A stretch of DNA of 64,000 bases from Brevundimonas sp. (GTDB lineage Bacteria; Pseudomonadota; Alphaproteobacteria; Caulobacterales; Caulobacteraceae). The stretch's first letter is position 1, and each line of letters begins with the position of its first letter. The notes under the pieces were generated by a model. The model had not been told where the DNA came from. It searched no databases and worked only from the letters and a program-made list of their open reading frames with translations. Below are positions 9,054 to 18,916 of this stretch, one piece after another. The position numbers were made by a program, and so were the translations under genes. The stretch lies in NCBI RefSeq assembly GCF_965278935.1, contig NZ_OZ257124.1, positions 1,831,302-1,895,301 of the forward strand. The letters run 5' to 3'.

Positions 9054-9888
9054 ACCAGGCGATGGCGCCCGCCAGTGGGACCAGCGTCCACAGGGCCAGG
9101 CTGACGATCGCCTTGAGCATCAGGCCTTCGGGCGCGGACGGGGCGCCGACGCCGGCCGTGATCATGGCCTTCAGGCCTTCGAAGGCGAGGCCCGGCAGCA
9201 GCAGCATGGACTGCCAACTCGTCGGATCCCACTGCAGGATCGCGAGGCCGGGGCCGCCCAGCAGGCTCTGGGCGAAGCCGAGCACGACCGGCACGAACAG
9301 GGCGGCCAGCAACGACCGGGTGAAGACCCCCGCAAGCAGGGCGATCATCGCGTACTGGACGATGCGGATATAGCCGAGAAGCAACAGCAGGCCGAAGTCG
9401 CCCGCATCTCCGCCGTCGATGCTGAAGGTGATGTCGTGGCCGTTGATCAGGGCCCCGCTGATCGAGAAGATCATGCCCCCGATCAGGAAGAGGACCATGG
9501 CCGCCAAGGTCAGGACCTTGAAGGCGCCGACCTTGCCGAGGATCAGGTTGAGGCGGCTGTTACGCGCGCTGATCAGCCGCCAGGTCTCCCAGCGGTAGTC
9601 GCCCGCGTAGAGGGTCGCCGCCCCGATCAGCATGAAGACCAGAATGGCGCCGTTGGCCGCGATGCCCGCGCACTGCACCAGGTCTTGACCCAGGTTGGTC
9701 ACGGCGATCAACGAGGCGGCGCCGGGCGCCATGTCGGCGGTCATTTCCGCTATCTTCGACCGGGTGATCACGTTGAAGGCGATGCCGCCGATGGCGAAGC
9801 CGATGGGCACGAACAGCGCCGACCAGAACACCGCCATGCGGTTGCGGGACAGGCGGTACAGTTCGGAGAGAACGGAATCAGCCAGCAT
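9025..9888 (-). CDS. ABC-2 type exporter permease
   Basis: About six TM segments; 'AGDYRWETWRLISAR..RLNLILGKV' EAA-like loop; overlaps the ATPase stop. Confidence 0.88.
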   Translation of the reverse strand: MLADSVLSELYRLSRNRMAVFWSALFVPIGFAIGGIAFNVITRSKIAEMTADMAPGAASLIAVTNLGQDLVQCAGIAANGAILVFMLIGAATLYAGDYRWETWRLISARNSRLNLILGKVGAFKVLTLAAMVLFLIGGMIFSISGALINGHDITFSIDGGDAGDFGLLLLLGYIRIVQYAMIALLAGVFTRSLLAALFVPVVLGFAQSLLGGPGLAILQWDPTSWQSMLLLPGLAFEGLKAMITAGVGAPSAPEGLMLKAIVSLALWTLVPLAGAIAWFNRQDLSKE

Positions 9889-10804
9889 GGATCGTCTCCG
9901 GAGTTTGCACGGAGCCGGTCTCGACCATGAAGACGCTCTCCAGATCGGCGCCGACCCATCGGGCCTCGTCGATGTCGACGCCGCCCTGAACCAGGGCGCG
10001 CAGCAGGGCAGGGACGTCGGCGCGGGGCAGGGTGGCCAGAACCGCGTCGCCTTCCAGCACGCCCGAGGCGCCCGGCAGGCTGGATACGATCTCCAGCGTC
10101 TTCGAGATCGGCGTCACCGACAGCCGCAGTCGCTCGCCCGAGGCGGTCAGTTCCGAGACGGCGCCTTCGCGGACCAGCTTGCCCCGGTTCAGGATGGCGA
10201 CGCGGTCGCAGACGCGCTGGACCTCCAGCAACTGGTGGCTGGCCAGGACCACGGTGATTCCGTCCTTCTCGGACAGCGACCGGATCAGGGCGCGCATCTC
10301 CTGAATGCCGGGCGGATCCATGCCGCTGGTCGGTTCATCGAGAATGACCAGCTCCGGCTCGGTGATCAGGGCGGCGGCGACGCCGAGCCGCTGCAGCATG
10401 CCGACGGAGAAGCCACGCACCTTGCGGTCGGCGGCCTCGGTCAGACCGACACGCTCCAGCCAGCCGGCGACCCGCGCCGCATCAGGCTTCAATCCGTGGG
10501 CGGCGGACAGCCAGACCAGAACCTGGCGCGCGCTCATGAAGGGCGGGAAGCGCGGCGTCTCGATCATCGAGCCCATGCGGCGCGAGGCCGCGACGTCGCC
10601 GATGCGCCCGCCCATGACCGAGGCCTCGCCGTCGGTCGGCCGGATCAGGCCCAGCAGGATGCGGAACAGGGTCGACTTGCCGGCCCCGTTCGGTCCCAGC
10701 ACGCCGTAGACCCCGCCGCGCGGAATGGTCAGGCTCAACCCGTCCAGTGCGCGAACCGCGCCATAGGTCTTGGTCAGGTTCCGGGTTTCGATCACTGCGG
10801 TCAT
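9878..10804 (-). CDS. ABC transporter ATP-binding protein (BcrA-like exporter)
   Basis: Walker A 'GPNGAGKST', signature 'FSVGMLQRLG', Walker B 'ILDEPTSGMDP'; start likely ATG 10804. Confidence 0.95.
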   Translation of the reverse strand: MTAVIETRNLTKTYGAVRALDGLSLTIPRGGVYGVLGPNGAGKSTLFRILLGLIRPTDGEASVMGGRIGDVAASRRMGSMIETPRFPPFMSARQVLVWLSAAHGLKPDAARVAGWLERVGLTEAADRKVRGFSVGMLQRLGVAAALITEPELVILDEPTSGMDPPGIQEMRALIRSLSEKDGITVVLASHQLLEVQRVCDRVAILNRGKLVREGAVSELTASGERLRLSVTPISKTLEIVSSLPGASGVLEGDAVLATLPRADVPALLRALVQGGVDIDEARWVGADLESVFMVETGSVQTPETIHAG

Positions 10805-11028
10805 TCCCGACCATCGCCCGGCCAATCCCGCACGGCAAGCGTGTGGAGGATTAAGCTTCCGACAGGTTCGACGGGCCGGATTCTGTTCCTTGTCGTCGCG
10901 ATATCGACGCCTGCCGATGCAAAACAGGCCCGCAGACGGTTACGAGAAACGCCATCCTCGTATAGGACCCCCTCCCAACGCGTCGATGTGACGGGTTTCA
11001 GGCGGTGCAGACTTCAGGAGTGCATGAG

Positions 11029-12234
11029 ATGAGCAGGGTTCTCGTAATCGGGGCGGGGGGCGTCGGCTCCGTCGCCGTCCACAAGATGGCGATGAACGCC
11101 GACATCTTTTCGCACATCACACTGGCCTCGCGGACGAAGTCCAAGTGCGACGCCATCGCCGTCTCGGTCAAGGAGCGCACCGGCGTAACCATCGACACGG
11201 CAGCCATCGACGCCGACGACGTCGCCGCGACCACGGCCCTGATCAATGCCGTGAAGCCCGAGCTCGTGGTCAATCTGGCCCTGCCGTACCAGGACCTGAA
11301 CATCATGGACGCCTGCCTGGCGGCCGGGGTCCACTATATGGACACCGCCAACTACGAGCCGCGCGACGAGGCGAAGTTCGAATACAAGTGGCAGTGGGCC
11401 TATCAGGATCGCTTCAAGGAAGCCGGTCTGATGGCTCTTCTCGGGTCGGGCTTCGATCCCGGCGTCACGTCCGTGTTCACGACGTACACGAAGAAGCACC
11501 TGCTGGATTCGATCGAGACGCTCGACATCCTCGACTGCAACGGCGGCGACACCGGCCTGCCGTTCGCGACCAACTTCAATCCCGAGATCAACCTGCGCGA
11601 AGTGACCGCGCCGTCGCGACACCTCGAGAACGGCGAGTGGATCGAGGGCCCGGCCCTGACCAACAAACAGGTGTTCGACTTCGAGGCCGTGGGGCCGAAG
11701 AACATGTACCTCATGTACCATGAGGAACTGGAGTCGCTGGCCAAGTTCTATCCGGAAATCAAACGCATCCGCTTCTGGATGACCTTCGGAGACTCCTATC
11801 TGAAGCACCTCGACGTGCTCGGGAACATCGGCATCCTCTCGATCGAGCCGATGACCTTCCAGGGCCGCGAGATCATCCCGATCGAATTCCTGAAGGCCCT
11901 GTTGCCCGAGCCGTCGTCGCTGGGCCCGCTGACCAGGGGCAAGACCAATATCGGCACCATCGCTACCGGCATGAAGGACGGCGTCCAGAAGACGGTCTAC
12001 GTCAAGAACATCTGCGACCACGAAGAGGCCTATGCCGAGACCGGCAACCAGGCCGTCAGCTACACCACGGGCGTGCCGGCCATGATCGGCGCCGCCATGA
12101 TCCTGACGAGCCAGTGGAAAGGCGCGGGCGTGTTCAACATGGAGCAAATGGACCCCGATCCCTTCATGGACATGCTGAACAAGCACGGCCTGCCCTGGAA
12201 GGTGCAGGAACTGGACGCCCCGCTGGCGTTCTGA
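11029..12234 (+). CDS. Carboxy(nor)spermidine dehydrogenase (saccharopine dehydrogenase family)
   Basis: 'VIGAGGVG' Rossmann motif, 'YMDTANYEP', 'GSGFDPGVT', 'TNFNPEINLRE', 'YHEELESL'; AGGAG RBS at 11016-11020; adjacent to nspC. Confidence 0.92.
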   Translation: MSRVLVIGAGGVGSVAVHKMAMNADIFSHITLASRTKSKCDAIAVSVKERTGVTIDTAAIDADDVAATTALINAVKPELVVNLALPYQDLNIMDACLAAGVHYMDTANYEPRDEAKFEYKWQWAYQDRFKEAGLMALLGSGFDPGVTSVFTTYTKKHLLDSIETLDILDCNGGDTGLPFATNFNPEINLREVTAPSRHLENGEWIEGPALTNKQVFDFEAVGPKNMYLMYHEELESLAKFYPEIKRIRFWMTFGDSYLKHLDVLGNIGILSIEPMTFQGREIIPIEFLKALLPEPSSLGPLTRGKTNIGTIATGMKDGVQKTVYVKNICDHEEAYAETGNQAVSYTTGVPAMIGAAMILTSQWKGAGVFNMEQMDPDPFMDMLNKHGLPWKVQELDAPLAF

Positions 12235-12237
12235 TCG

Positions 12238-13431
12238 ATGCACACCCCTTCCGGCGCCATGGAGACGAAGGCGGGCGGGCCCGGCGCGTTCGCCCGCTTC
12301 GACCTCGGCCGCGTGCCGTCGCCCTGTTTCGTGGTCGACGAGGCGGCGGTGCGTCGCAACCTCGGCATCCTCAGGGACGTCGGGGCGGCGGGCGGCGCGC
12401 GCGTCCTGCTGGCGCTCAAGGCCTTCTCGATGTGGTCGCTGGCCGATCTCGTCGAGGAATACCTGGACGGCGTCTGCGCCTCGGGCCTGTGGGAGGCGCG
12501 CCTGGCGCGGGAGTTCTACAAGGGCCACCTGACCACCTACTCGCCCGCTTACAAGGCGGGAGAACTGCCCGAGATCCTGCGCCTGTCGGACACGGTGATC
12601 TTCAACACCCCGGCCCAGATCGCGCGTTTCGCCGACCTGATCGCCGAAGCCCGCGCGGCCGGCGAGACCTTCGACATCGGCCTGCGTCTCAACCCTGAAC
12701 ATTCCGAGGCGGAGGTCGCCAAATACGATCCCTGCCAACTCGGATCCCGGCTGGGTTTCCCGGTGTCGCAGCTGAAGCCCGAGCACCTGCGGGGCGTCGA
12801 CGGCCTGCACCTTCACGCCCTCTGCGAACAGGGGTTCGAGCCGCTGCAGCGCATCTGGACCTCGCTGGAGCCCCGGATCGCGGACGCGCTCGTCGGGTTA
12901 AACTGGCTGAACCTCGGCGGCGGCCACCACATCACCCGCGCCGACTACGACCGCGAGGGCCTGAGCGCCTTCCTCAGGACCATCGCCGAACGCCACGCCA
13001 TCGAGGTCTATATCGAACCCGGCGAGGCCATCGCGCTCGACGCCGGCATCCTGGTCGGAGAGGTCCTCGACACCTTCGACAACGGCCTGCCGGTCGCCAT
13101 CACCGACATCTCTGCGACCTGCCACATGCCCGACGTTATCGAGGCGCCCTACCGCCCGGCGATGCTGGGCGAGGCTGAGGAAGGCCTCGCCTGGCGCCTG
13201 GGCGGCCCGTCATGCCTGGCCGGCGACATCATCGGCGACTATCGCTTCCCCACGCCGCCGGGCGTCGGAACCCGCATCGCCTTCCTCGACCAGGCCCACT
13301 ATTCGATGGTCAAGACCACGACCTTCAACGGCGTGCCCCTGCCGGCCATCGCCCTGTGGAACTCCGACACCGACGCCCTGCGGCTTGTCCGCGAGTTCGA
13401 CTGGACCGAATTCCGCGACCGGCTGTCCTGA
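12238..13431 (+). CDS. nspC: Carboxy(nor)spermidine decarboxylase
   Basis: 'PSPCFVVDE', 'LLALKAFS' PLP lysine, 'NLGGGHHIT', 'IEPGEA', 'SATCHMPD..E.PYRP', 'HYSMVKTTTFNGVPLP'. Confidence 0.93.
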   Translation: MHTPSGAMETKAGGPGAFARFDLGRVPSPCFVVDEAAVRRNLGILRDVGAAGGARVLLALKAFSMWSLADLVEEYLDGVCASGLWEARLAREFYKGHLTTYSPAYKAGELPEILRLSDTVIFNTPAQIARFADLIAEARAAGETFDIGLRLNPEHSEAEVAKYDPCQLGSRLGFPVSQLKPEHLRGVDGLHLHALCEQGFEPLQRIWTSLEPRIADALVGLNWLNLGGGHHITRADYDREGLSAFLRTIAERHAIEVYIEPGEAIALDAGILVGEVLDTFDNGLPVAITDISATCHMPDVIEAPYRPAMLGEAEEGLAWRLGGPSCLAGDIIGDYRFPTPPGVGTRIAFLDQAHYSMVKTTTFNGVPLPAIALWNSDTDALRLVREFDWTEFRDRLS

Positions 13432-13481
13432 GCGGCCCGCCCCGAGACATCGCGCCTCCGGTCGGCTAAATCCGCCGTCCC

Positions 13482-14729
13482 ATGTCGATCCTGCATCCCA
13501 AGGCGCGCAAGGCCGCCATCGCCTTCATCTTCGTGACGGCGGTGCTCGACATCCTGTCGATGGGCGTGATCATGCCGGTCCTGCCGTCGCTGATCGAGGA
13601 GTTCGCGGGCTCCAGCGCTTCGGCCGGCATCTGGAACGGCGCCTTCGTGGCCATGTGGGCCGCGATGCAGTTCCTGGCCTCGCCGGTGATCGGCTCTCTG
13701 TCGGATCGTTACGGACGCCGTCCGGTGATCCTGATTTCCTGCGCCGGTCTGGCGCTGGACTGGATGCTGATGGCCCTGGCGCCGAACCTGTGGTGGCTGG
13801 CGGTCGGGCGGATCCTCGGCGGCCTGACATCGTCCAGCTTTACGGCCATCTACGCCTACATGGCCGACATCACCGCGCCGGAGAACCGGGCCCGCGCCTA
13901 CGGTCTGATCGGCGCGGCCTTCTCGGGCGGCTTCGTCCTGGGACCCGTCGTCGGCGGCTTCCTTGGCGAGATCGGCCCGCGCGCGCCCTTCTGGTTCGCC
14001 GCCGTCCTGTCCGGGGTTGCCTTCCTGTATGGCCTCTTCATCCTGCCCGAGAGCCTGCCGGTCGAGAAGCGAATGGCCTTCAGCTGGCGGCGCGCCAATC
14101 CCATCGGCGCCATGAGCCTGCTGCTGCGGCATGTGGAGCTGACCGGCCTCGCGGCGGTGAACTTCCTGCTCTACTTCTCCCACCACGTGTTTTCGGCGAT
14201 CTTCGTCCTCTACGCCATGCACCGCTACGGCTGGGGGCCGCGCGAGGTCGGGCTGCTGCTGGCCGGCGTCGGGGTCATCGACATGGTCATGCAGGGCACG
14301 GTCGTCGGGCCGGTCACCAAACGGCTGGGCGACCGCAACACCATGCTGGTCGGCTTCGTCGGCGGGACCATCGGCATGGCCATGATGGGCTGGGCCCCGA
14401 ACGGCGTCTGGTTCGCGCTGGCCATGCTGCCCAACGCGCTGTGGGGTCTGGCCATGCCGACCATGCAGGCCCTGATGACGCGTCAGGTCGGCGACGACGA
14501 ACAGGGCCAGCTCCAGGGCGCGAACAACTCTGTCGCCTCCATCGCGGGCATCGCCTCGCCCCTGTTCTTCGGCTGGGTCTACGCCATGTCGGCCGGGTCC
14601 AATGCCTGGCTGCCGCATCCGGGCACGGCCTTCTTCATGGCCGCCGTCGTGCTGGCCGCGGCGGGTCTGCTGGGCTGGCGCGTGGGCGTGAAGGCCGAAC
14701 GCGCCGAGGCTGCAACGCGCGCGCCTTGA
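13482..14729 (+). CDS. TetA/TCR-family MFS efflux transporter
   Basis: Motif A 'GSLSDRYGRRPVIL', 'GRILGG', 'GFVLGPVVGG', 'LPESL', 'EQGQLQG'; 12 TM pattern. Confidence 0.9.
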   Translation: MSILHPKARKAAIAFIFVTAVLDILSMGVIMPVLPSLIEEFAGSSASAGIWNGAFVAMWAAMQFLASPVIGSLSDRYGRRPVILISCAGLALDWMLMALAPNLWWLAVGRILGGLTSSSFTAIYAYMADITAPENRARAYGLIGAAFSGGFVLGPVVGGFLGEIGPRAPFWFAAVLSGVAFLYGLFILPESLPVEKRMAFSWRRANPIGAMSLLLRHVELTGLAAVNFLLYFSHHVFSAIFVLYAMHRYGWGPREVGLLLAGVGVIDMVMQGTVVGPVTKRLGDRNTMLVGFVGGTIGMAMMGWAPNGVWFALAMLPNALWGLAMPTMQALMTRQVGDDEQGQLQGANNSVASIAGIASPLFFGWVYAMSAGSNAWLPHPGTAFFMAAVVLAAAGLLGWRVGVKAERAEAATRAP

Positions 14730-14766
14730 TCCAGCCCGAAAGCAGGACAGATATACAGGCCTCGAC

Positions 14767-16191
14767 ATGGCTCATTTCCGGACTGCAATGAAGACCTCGA
14801 TGATCGCCCTCGCGGCCTGCCTGACGCTGGCGGCTTGCGGCAACGCCAACTCCACCAGGGCCCAGGACGGCGTCTTCGCCGAACTGACCCAGCGCCAGAC
14901 CCCCACCGACTCCACCTCGATGAAGCAGAGCTTCGCCCCGGTGGTGCGCGAGGCGGCGCCCGCCGTGGTCAACATCTCGGCCCGCTCGATCCAGCGGGTC
15001 CAGGCCGACCCCTTCTTCCAGATGTTCGGCGGCGGCATGCCCCAGCAGCGGGTGGCGGAATCCGCCGGTTCCGGTGTCATCGTCCGCTCCGACGGCATCG
15101 TGGTCACCAACAACCACGTCATCGAGGGCGCCCAGCAGATCCGCGTCGTCCTCAACGACCGGCGCGAGTATCCGGCCGAGGTCATCCTCGCCGACGAACG
15201 CTCCGACATCGCCGTCCTCAAGCTTCAGGGCGTCACGGAGCAACTGCCCGTCCTGGCCATCGACGACCGCGAGCAACAGGAGGTCGGCGACCTCGTCCTG
15301 GCCATCGGCAATCCGTTCGGCGTCGGCCAGACCGTGACCAACGGCATCATCTCGGCCCTGAACCGGACGGAGACCGGAATCTCCGACAGCGGCTCCTTTA
15401 TCCAGACCGACGCGGCCATCAATCCGGGCAACTCCGGCGGGCCGCTGGTCGACATGGACGGTGACGTCATCGGCATCAACACGGCCATCTTCTCGCGCTC
15501 GGGCTCGTCCGCGGGCGTCGGTTTCGCGGTGCCCGCCTCGATGGTGCGGCGCGTGGTCGATTCGGCCCTGGGCGGCGAGACGGCCGTCGTTCGTCCCTGG
15601 CTGGGCGTGAAGGGCGACACCGTCTCGTCCGATATAGCCCGCTCGCTGGGCATGGCCCGGCCTCAGGGCCTGATCGTCACCGCCATCTATTCGGGTGGGC
15701 CGGGCGCACGCGCGGGCCTGCGCGAAGGCGATGTCATCACCGCGCTCGACGGCGCCGAGGTCCATGATCAGGCAGGCCTGAACTTCCGCGTCGGCACGAA
15801 GAGCCCCAACGAGGCCGTAGCCGTCACCGTCCTCCGCGACGGCCGCAGCCAGACCCTCAATGCCCGTGTCCAGCCTCTGCCCGGCGATGCCAAGGGCGAT
15901 GGTGAGGTCATCCAGCAGGGTCCCTTCGCGGGCGCCGAGATCGCGGTCCTGAATCCGGCGCTGGCCGACCGGCTGGGCGGTGATCCCTTCGCCAGCGGGG
16001 CCATCGTCACCAATGTCGGGGGCCGAACCGCCGCGCGCGCCAACGGCTTCCAGCCCGGTGACGTGGTGACCCAGATCGATGGCCGGCCTGTGCGCGATAT
16101 CGCCGCCGTCCGCCGGGGCTCGCGCGGATCCGAGGTGACCATCCAGCGTCAGGGCCGGGTCATGACCGGCCGGGTCGGCTACGCTGGCTAA
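14767..16191 (+). CDS. HtrA/DegQ (Do) serine endoprotease with PDZ domains, lipoprotein-type signal
   Basis: 'SAGSGVIV', 'VTNNHV', 'IQTDAAINPGNSGGPL'; 'LTLAAC' lipobox; start 14767 or 14788. Confidence 0.95.
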   Translation: MAHFRTAMKTSMIALAACLTLAACGNANSTRAQDGVFAELTQRQTPTDSTSMKQSFAPVVREAAPAVVNISARSIQRVQADPFFQMFGGGMPQQRVAESAGSGVIVRSDGIVVTNNHVIEGAQQIRVVLNDRREYPAEVILADERSDIAVLKLQGVTEQLPVLAIDDREQQEVGDLVLAIGNPFGVGQTVTNGIISALNRTETGISDSGSFIQTDAAINPGNSGGPLVDMDGDVIGINTAIFSRSGSSAGVGFAVPASMVRRVVDSALGGETAVVRPWLGVKGDTVSSDIARSLGMARPQGLIVTAIYSGGPGARAGLREGDVITALDGAEVHDQAGLNFRVGTKSPNEAVAVTVLRDGRSQTLNARVQPLPGDAKGDGEVIQQGPFAGAEIAVLNPALADRLGGDPFASGAIVTNVGGRTAARANGFQPGDVVTQIDGRPVRDIAAVRRGSRGSEVTIQRQGRVMTGRVGYAG

Positions 16192-16604
16192 ATCCCCGTC
16201 TTCGGTCCCATGAAGGACCAGACGTGGCCATACGGGTCGGTCATCTTGCCGTGGCGGCCATAGAAGTCGTCCTCGGCCGGACGGATCGTGATCGCGCCCC
16301 TGGCCGAGGCCCGCGCCATCCAGGCGTCCACGTCGTCGACAGCCAGGGCGATCGAGACGGTCGTGCTGCCCAAGGTCCGCGGGGCCTGCGCGCCGATGCG
16401 GTCCTGCACCTCGGGGAACTCGTCGGCGAGGTAGATGACCCCGCCGTTGACCGACAGGCTGGCGTGTCCCACCCGACCGTCGTCCTGATCGTAGCGGGCG
16501 GTGACCTCGGCCCCCAGGGCGGCGCAGTACCACTCCACCGCCGCCGGACCGTCGTGCACCATCAGATAGGGCGTGACTGGCGGATCGGGCGGGACATGGG
16601 TCAT
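16188..16604 (-). CDS. VOC/glyoxalase family protein (PhnB-like)
   Basis: 'VTPYLMVHDGPAAVEWYCAALGA', 'HASLSVNG', 'DDFYG.RHGKMTDPYGHVWSF'. Confidence 0.9.
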   Translation of the reverse strand: MTHVPPDPPVTPYLMVHDGPAAVEWYCAALGAEVTARYDQDDGRVGHASLSVNGGVIYLADEFPEVQDRIGAQAPRTLGSTTVSIALAVDDVDAWMARASARGAITIRPAEDDFYGRHGKMTDPYGHVWSFMGPKTGI

Positions 16605-16605
16605 C

Positions 16606-17019
16606 TCAACCTGCCTTCACGGGGCCGGACACGGACCAGCAATGGCCGAACGGGTCCTTTACCTGGCCGTAGCGTGCGCCCCAGAACTGGTCCGAAAGCG
16701 GAAACACCGGCACAGCCCCGGCCGCCAGCGCCCGATCCCACCAGGCGTCGGCGTCATCGACCTCCAGATGCAGTGTTACGCCCACGGGGGTGATGTCGAT
16801 CTTGCCATCGTGTTCCGGAAACTCGTCGTGCAGCAACAGACCGCCGCCGTTGATGATCAGGTGGGCGTGCATCAGCCGCTCACCGTCCTCGGCCAGCATC
16901 TTCGACTGGACGACCGCTCCGAACGCCCGGCCATAGAATTCCAGCGCCGCTTCGCCGCCGCGCGACGGGATGGTGATATGCGGGGTCACGCCCGGCATGG
17001 GGGTCGGCGCATCGGTCAT
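16606..17019 (-). CDS. VOC/glyoxalase family protein (PhnB-like), tandem paralog
   Basis: 'VTPHITI..AALEFYGRAFGA', 'DQFWGARYGQVKDPFGHCWSV'. Confidence 0.9.
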   Translation of the reverse strand: MTDAPTPMPGVTPHITIPSRGGEAALEFYGRAFGAVVQSKMLAEDGERLMHAHLIINGGGLLLHDEFPEHDGKIDITPVGVTLHLEVDDADAWWDRALAAGAVPVFPLSDQFWGARYGQVKDPFGHCWSVSGPVKAG

Positions 17020-17086
17020 GGCGTTCTCCTTCGTAGCCAGACTAACGCGTGAAATCGGCGTTGCGAACGCCTACATCCGAGAGTTC

Positions 17087-18397
17087 ATGACCGACCTGTT
17101 CGAAGCCTCCGGCATCCATCCCCCCGACGCGCCGCTGGCCGACCGCCTGCGTCCCGCGACGCTCGACGAGGTGGTGGGGCAGGATCATCTGCTGGGCGAA
17201 GGCGGGCCGATCCGGCGCATGATCGAGGCCGGCCGTCTGGGCTCGATGATCCTGTGGGGGCCGCCCGGCACCGGCAAGACCACCATCGCCCGCCTGCTCG
17301 CCAGGGCCGCGGGGTACCAGTACCAGCAGATCTCGGCCGTCTTCTCCGGCGTCGCCGACCTGAAGAAGGCGTTCGAACAGGCCCGCATGCGCCGCGCCGC
17401 CGGCCAGTCCACCCTGCTGTTCGTCGACGAAATCCACCGCTTCAACCGCGCCCAGCAGGACGGCTTCCTGCCGTTCGTGGAGGAGGGGGTCGTCACCCTC
17501 GTCGGGGCCACGACCGAGAACCCGTCGTTCGAGCTCAACGGCGCCCTTCTGTCGCGCAGCCAGGTCTTCGTGCTCAAGCGGCTGGACGATGTGGCGCTGG
17601 ATCTGCTGCTCTCTCGCGCCGAGGCGCAGGAGGGGCAGGACCTGCCGCTGACGCCCGAGGCGCGTCACGCCCTGACGGCCCTGGCCGACGGCGACGGCCG
17701 CTACCTGCTGACCATGGCCGAGACCCTGTTCGCCCTGCCGCCCGAGCCCGTGCTGGACGTCCAGGCCCTTGCGGGCACCCTGCAACGCCGCGCGCCCGCC
17801 TACGACAAGTCGAGGGAGGAGCACTACAACCTCATATCCGCGCTGCATAAATCGGTGCGCGGTTCTGACCCCGACGCGGCCCTCTACTGGCTGGCGCGGA
17901 TGCTGAACGGCGGCGAGGATCCTCTGTATCTGGCCCGCCGCATCGTTCGCATGGCGGTCGAGGACATCGGCGAGGCGGACCCCCTGTCCATCATGGTCGC
18001 CAATGCGGCCAAGGACACCTACGACTTCCTGGGCAGTCCCGAGGGCGAATTGGCCCTGGCCCAGGCGGTGGTCCATCTGGCGACGGCGCCCAAGTCCGTC
18101 GCCGTCTACGAGGCCTTCAAGGCCGCGAAACGTGCGGCCTCCGAAACCGGCTCCCTGATGCCGCCGGCCCACATCCGCAACGCCCCGACGAAGCTCATGA
18201 AGTCGCTCGGCTACGGCAAGGGCTACCAGTACGACCCGGACACGGAGGAGGGCTTCTCCGGCGCGAACTTCTTCCCCGACGAGATGGAGCGAAGGACCTT
18301 CTACAAGCCGAAGGGCGAGGGCCACGAAGAGAAGATCAAGGCGCGGCTGGAGCGCTGGGCCCGAAAGCGGGCGGATATCCGGTCAAAGGCTGAGTGA
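17087..18397 (+). CDS. rarA: Replication-associated recombination protein A
   Basis: 'PLADRLRP', 'WGPPGTGKTT', 'FVDEIHRFNRAQQD', 'GATTENPSFE', 'ISALHKSVRGSDPDAA'; start ATG 17087. Confidence 0.96.
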   Translation: MTDLFEASGIHPPDAPLADRLRPATLDEVVGQDHLLGEGGPIRRMIEAGRLGSMILWGPPGTGKTTIARLLARAAGYQYQQISAVFSGVADLKKAFEQARMRRAAGQSTLLFVDEIHRFNRAQQDGFLPFVEEGVVTLVGATTENPSFELNGALLSRSQVFVLKRLDDVALDLLLSRAEAQEGQDLPLTPEARHALTALADGDGRYLLTMAETLFALPPEPVLDVQALAGTLQRRAPAYDKSREEHYNLISALHKSVRGSDPDAALYWLARMLNGGEDPLYLARRIVRMAVEDIGEADPLSIMVANAAKDTYDFLGSPEGELALAQAVVHLATAPKSVAVYEAFKAAKRAASETGSLMPPAHIRNAPTKLMKSLGYGKGYQYDPDTEEGFSGANFFPDEMERRTFYKPKGEGHEEKIKARLERWARKRADIRSKAE

Positions 18398-18466
18398 TCG
18401 CTGTTCATTGTCGAACGCCCGCGACCGGCATAGCTTCGCCGTTCAAGGGATCCTTGGGAGGGGACG

Positions 18467-18907
18467 ATGGCTGACGGAATGAAGACGCCCTGGCATCTGT
18501 GGCTGGTGGGCGTGCTGAGCCTGCTGTGGAATGCGTTCGGCGGATACGACTTCATCATGACCAATACCCAGGGCGAGACCTATATGCGCGCCTCGGGCAT
18601 GACCCAGCCGATGATCGACTATTTCAACGCCATGCCGACGTGGATGTATGTGCCTTGGACGCTCGGGGTCTGGGGCGCGATCACCGGCTCGGTTCTGCTG
18701 CTGTTGCGGATGAAATGGGCGGTCCACGCCTTCGCCCTGTCCGTGATCGGCGCCGTCACCAGCCTGATCTTCGGCTTGATGAACCCCATGCCCGGCCTTC
18801 CGCCTGAACTGGCCGTCATGGCGTATATGCCGTGGATCATCGCCGTGATCGCTGCCCTTCTGCTTTGGTACGCCTGGGCCATGGGCAAGCGCGGCGTTCT
18901 CCGCTAA
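18467..18907 (+). CDS. Conserved four-TM membrane protein, function unknown
   Basis: GGGAGGG RBS; 'KTPWHLWLVGVLSLLWNAFG..D' followed by four hydrophobic segments. Confidence 0.75.
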   Translation: MADGMKTPWHLWLVGVLSLLWNAFGGYDFIMTNTQGETYMRASGMTQPMIDYFNAMPTWMYVPWTLGVWGAITGSVLLLLRMKWAVHAFALSVIGAVTSLIFGLMNPMPGLPPELAVMAYMPWIIAVIAALLLWYAWAMGKRGVLR

Positions 18908-18916
18908 CCGGCGGGG

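Noticed and set aside
10826-11028. Polyamine-responsive leader RNA or uORF before the dehydrogenase gene
   Set aside because: No recognisable conserved RNA motif or convincing uORF; a 200-nt divergent promoter region is sufficient explanation.
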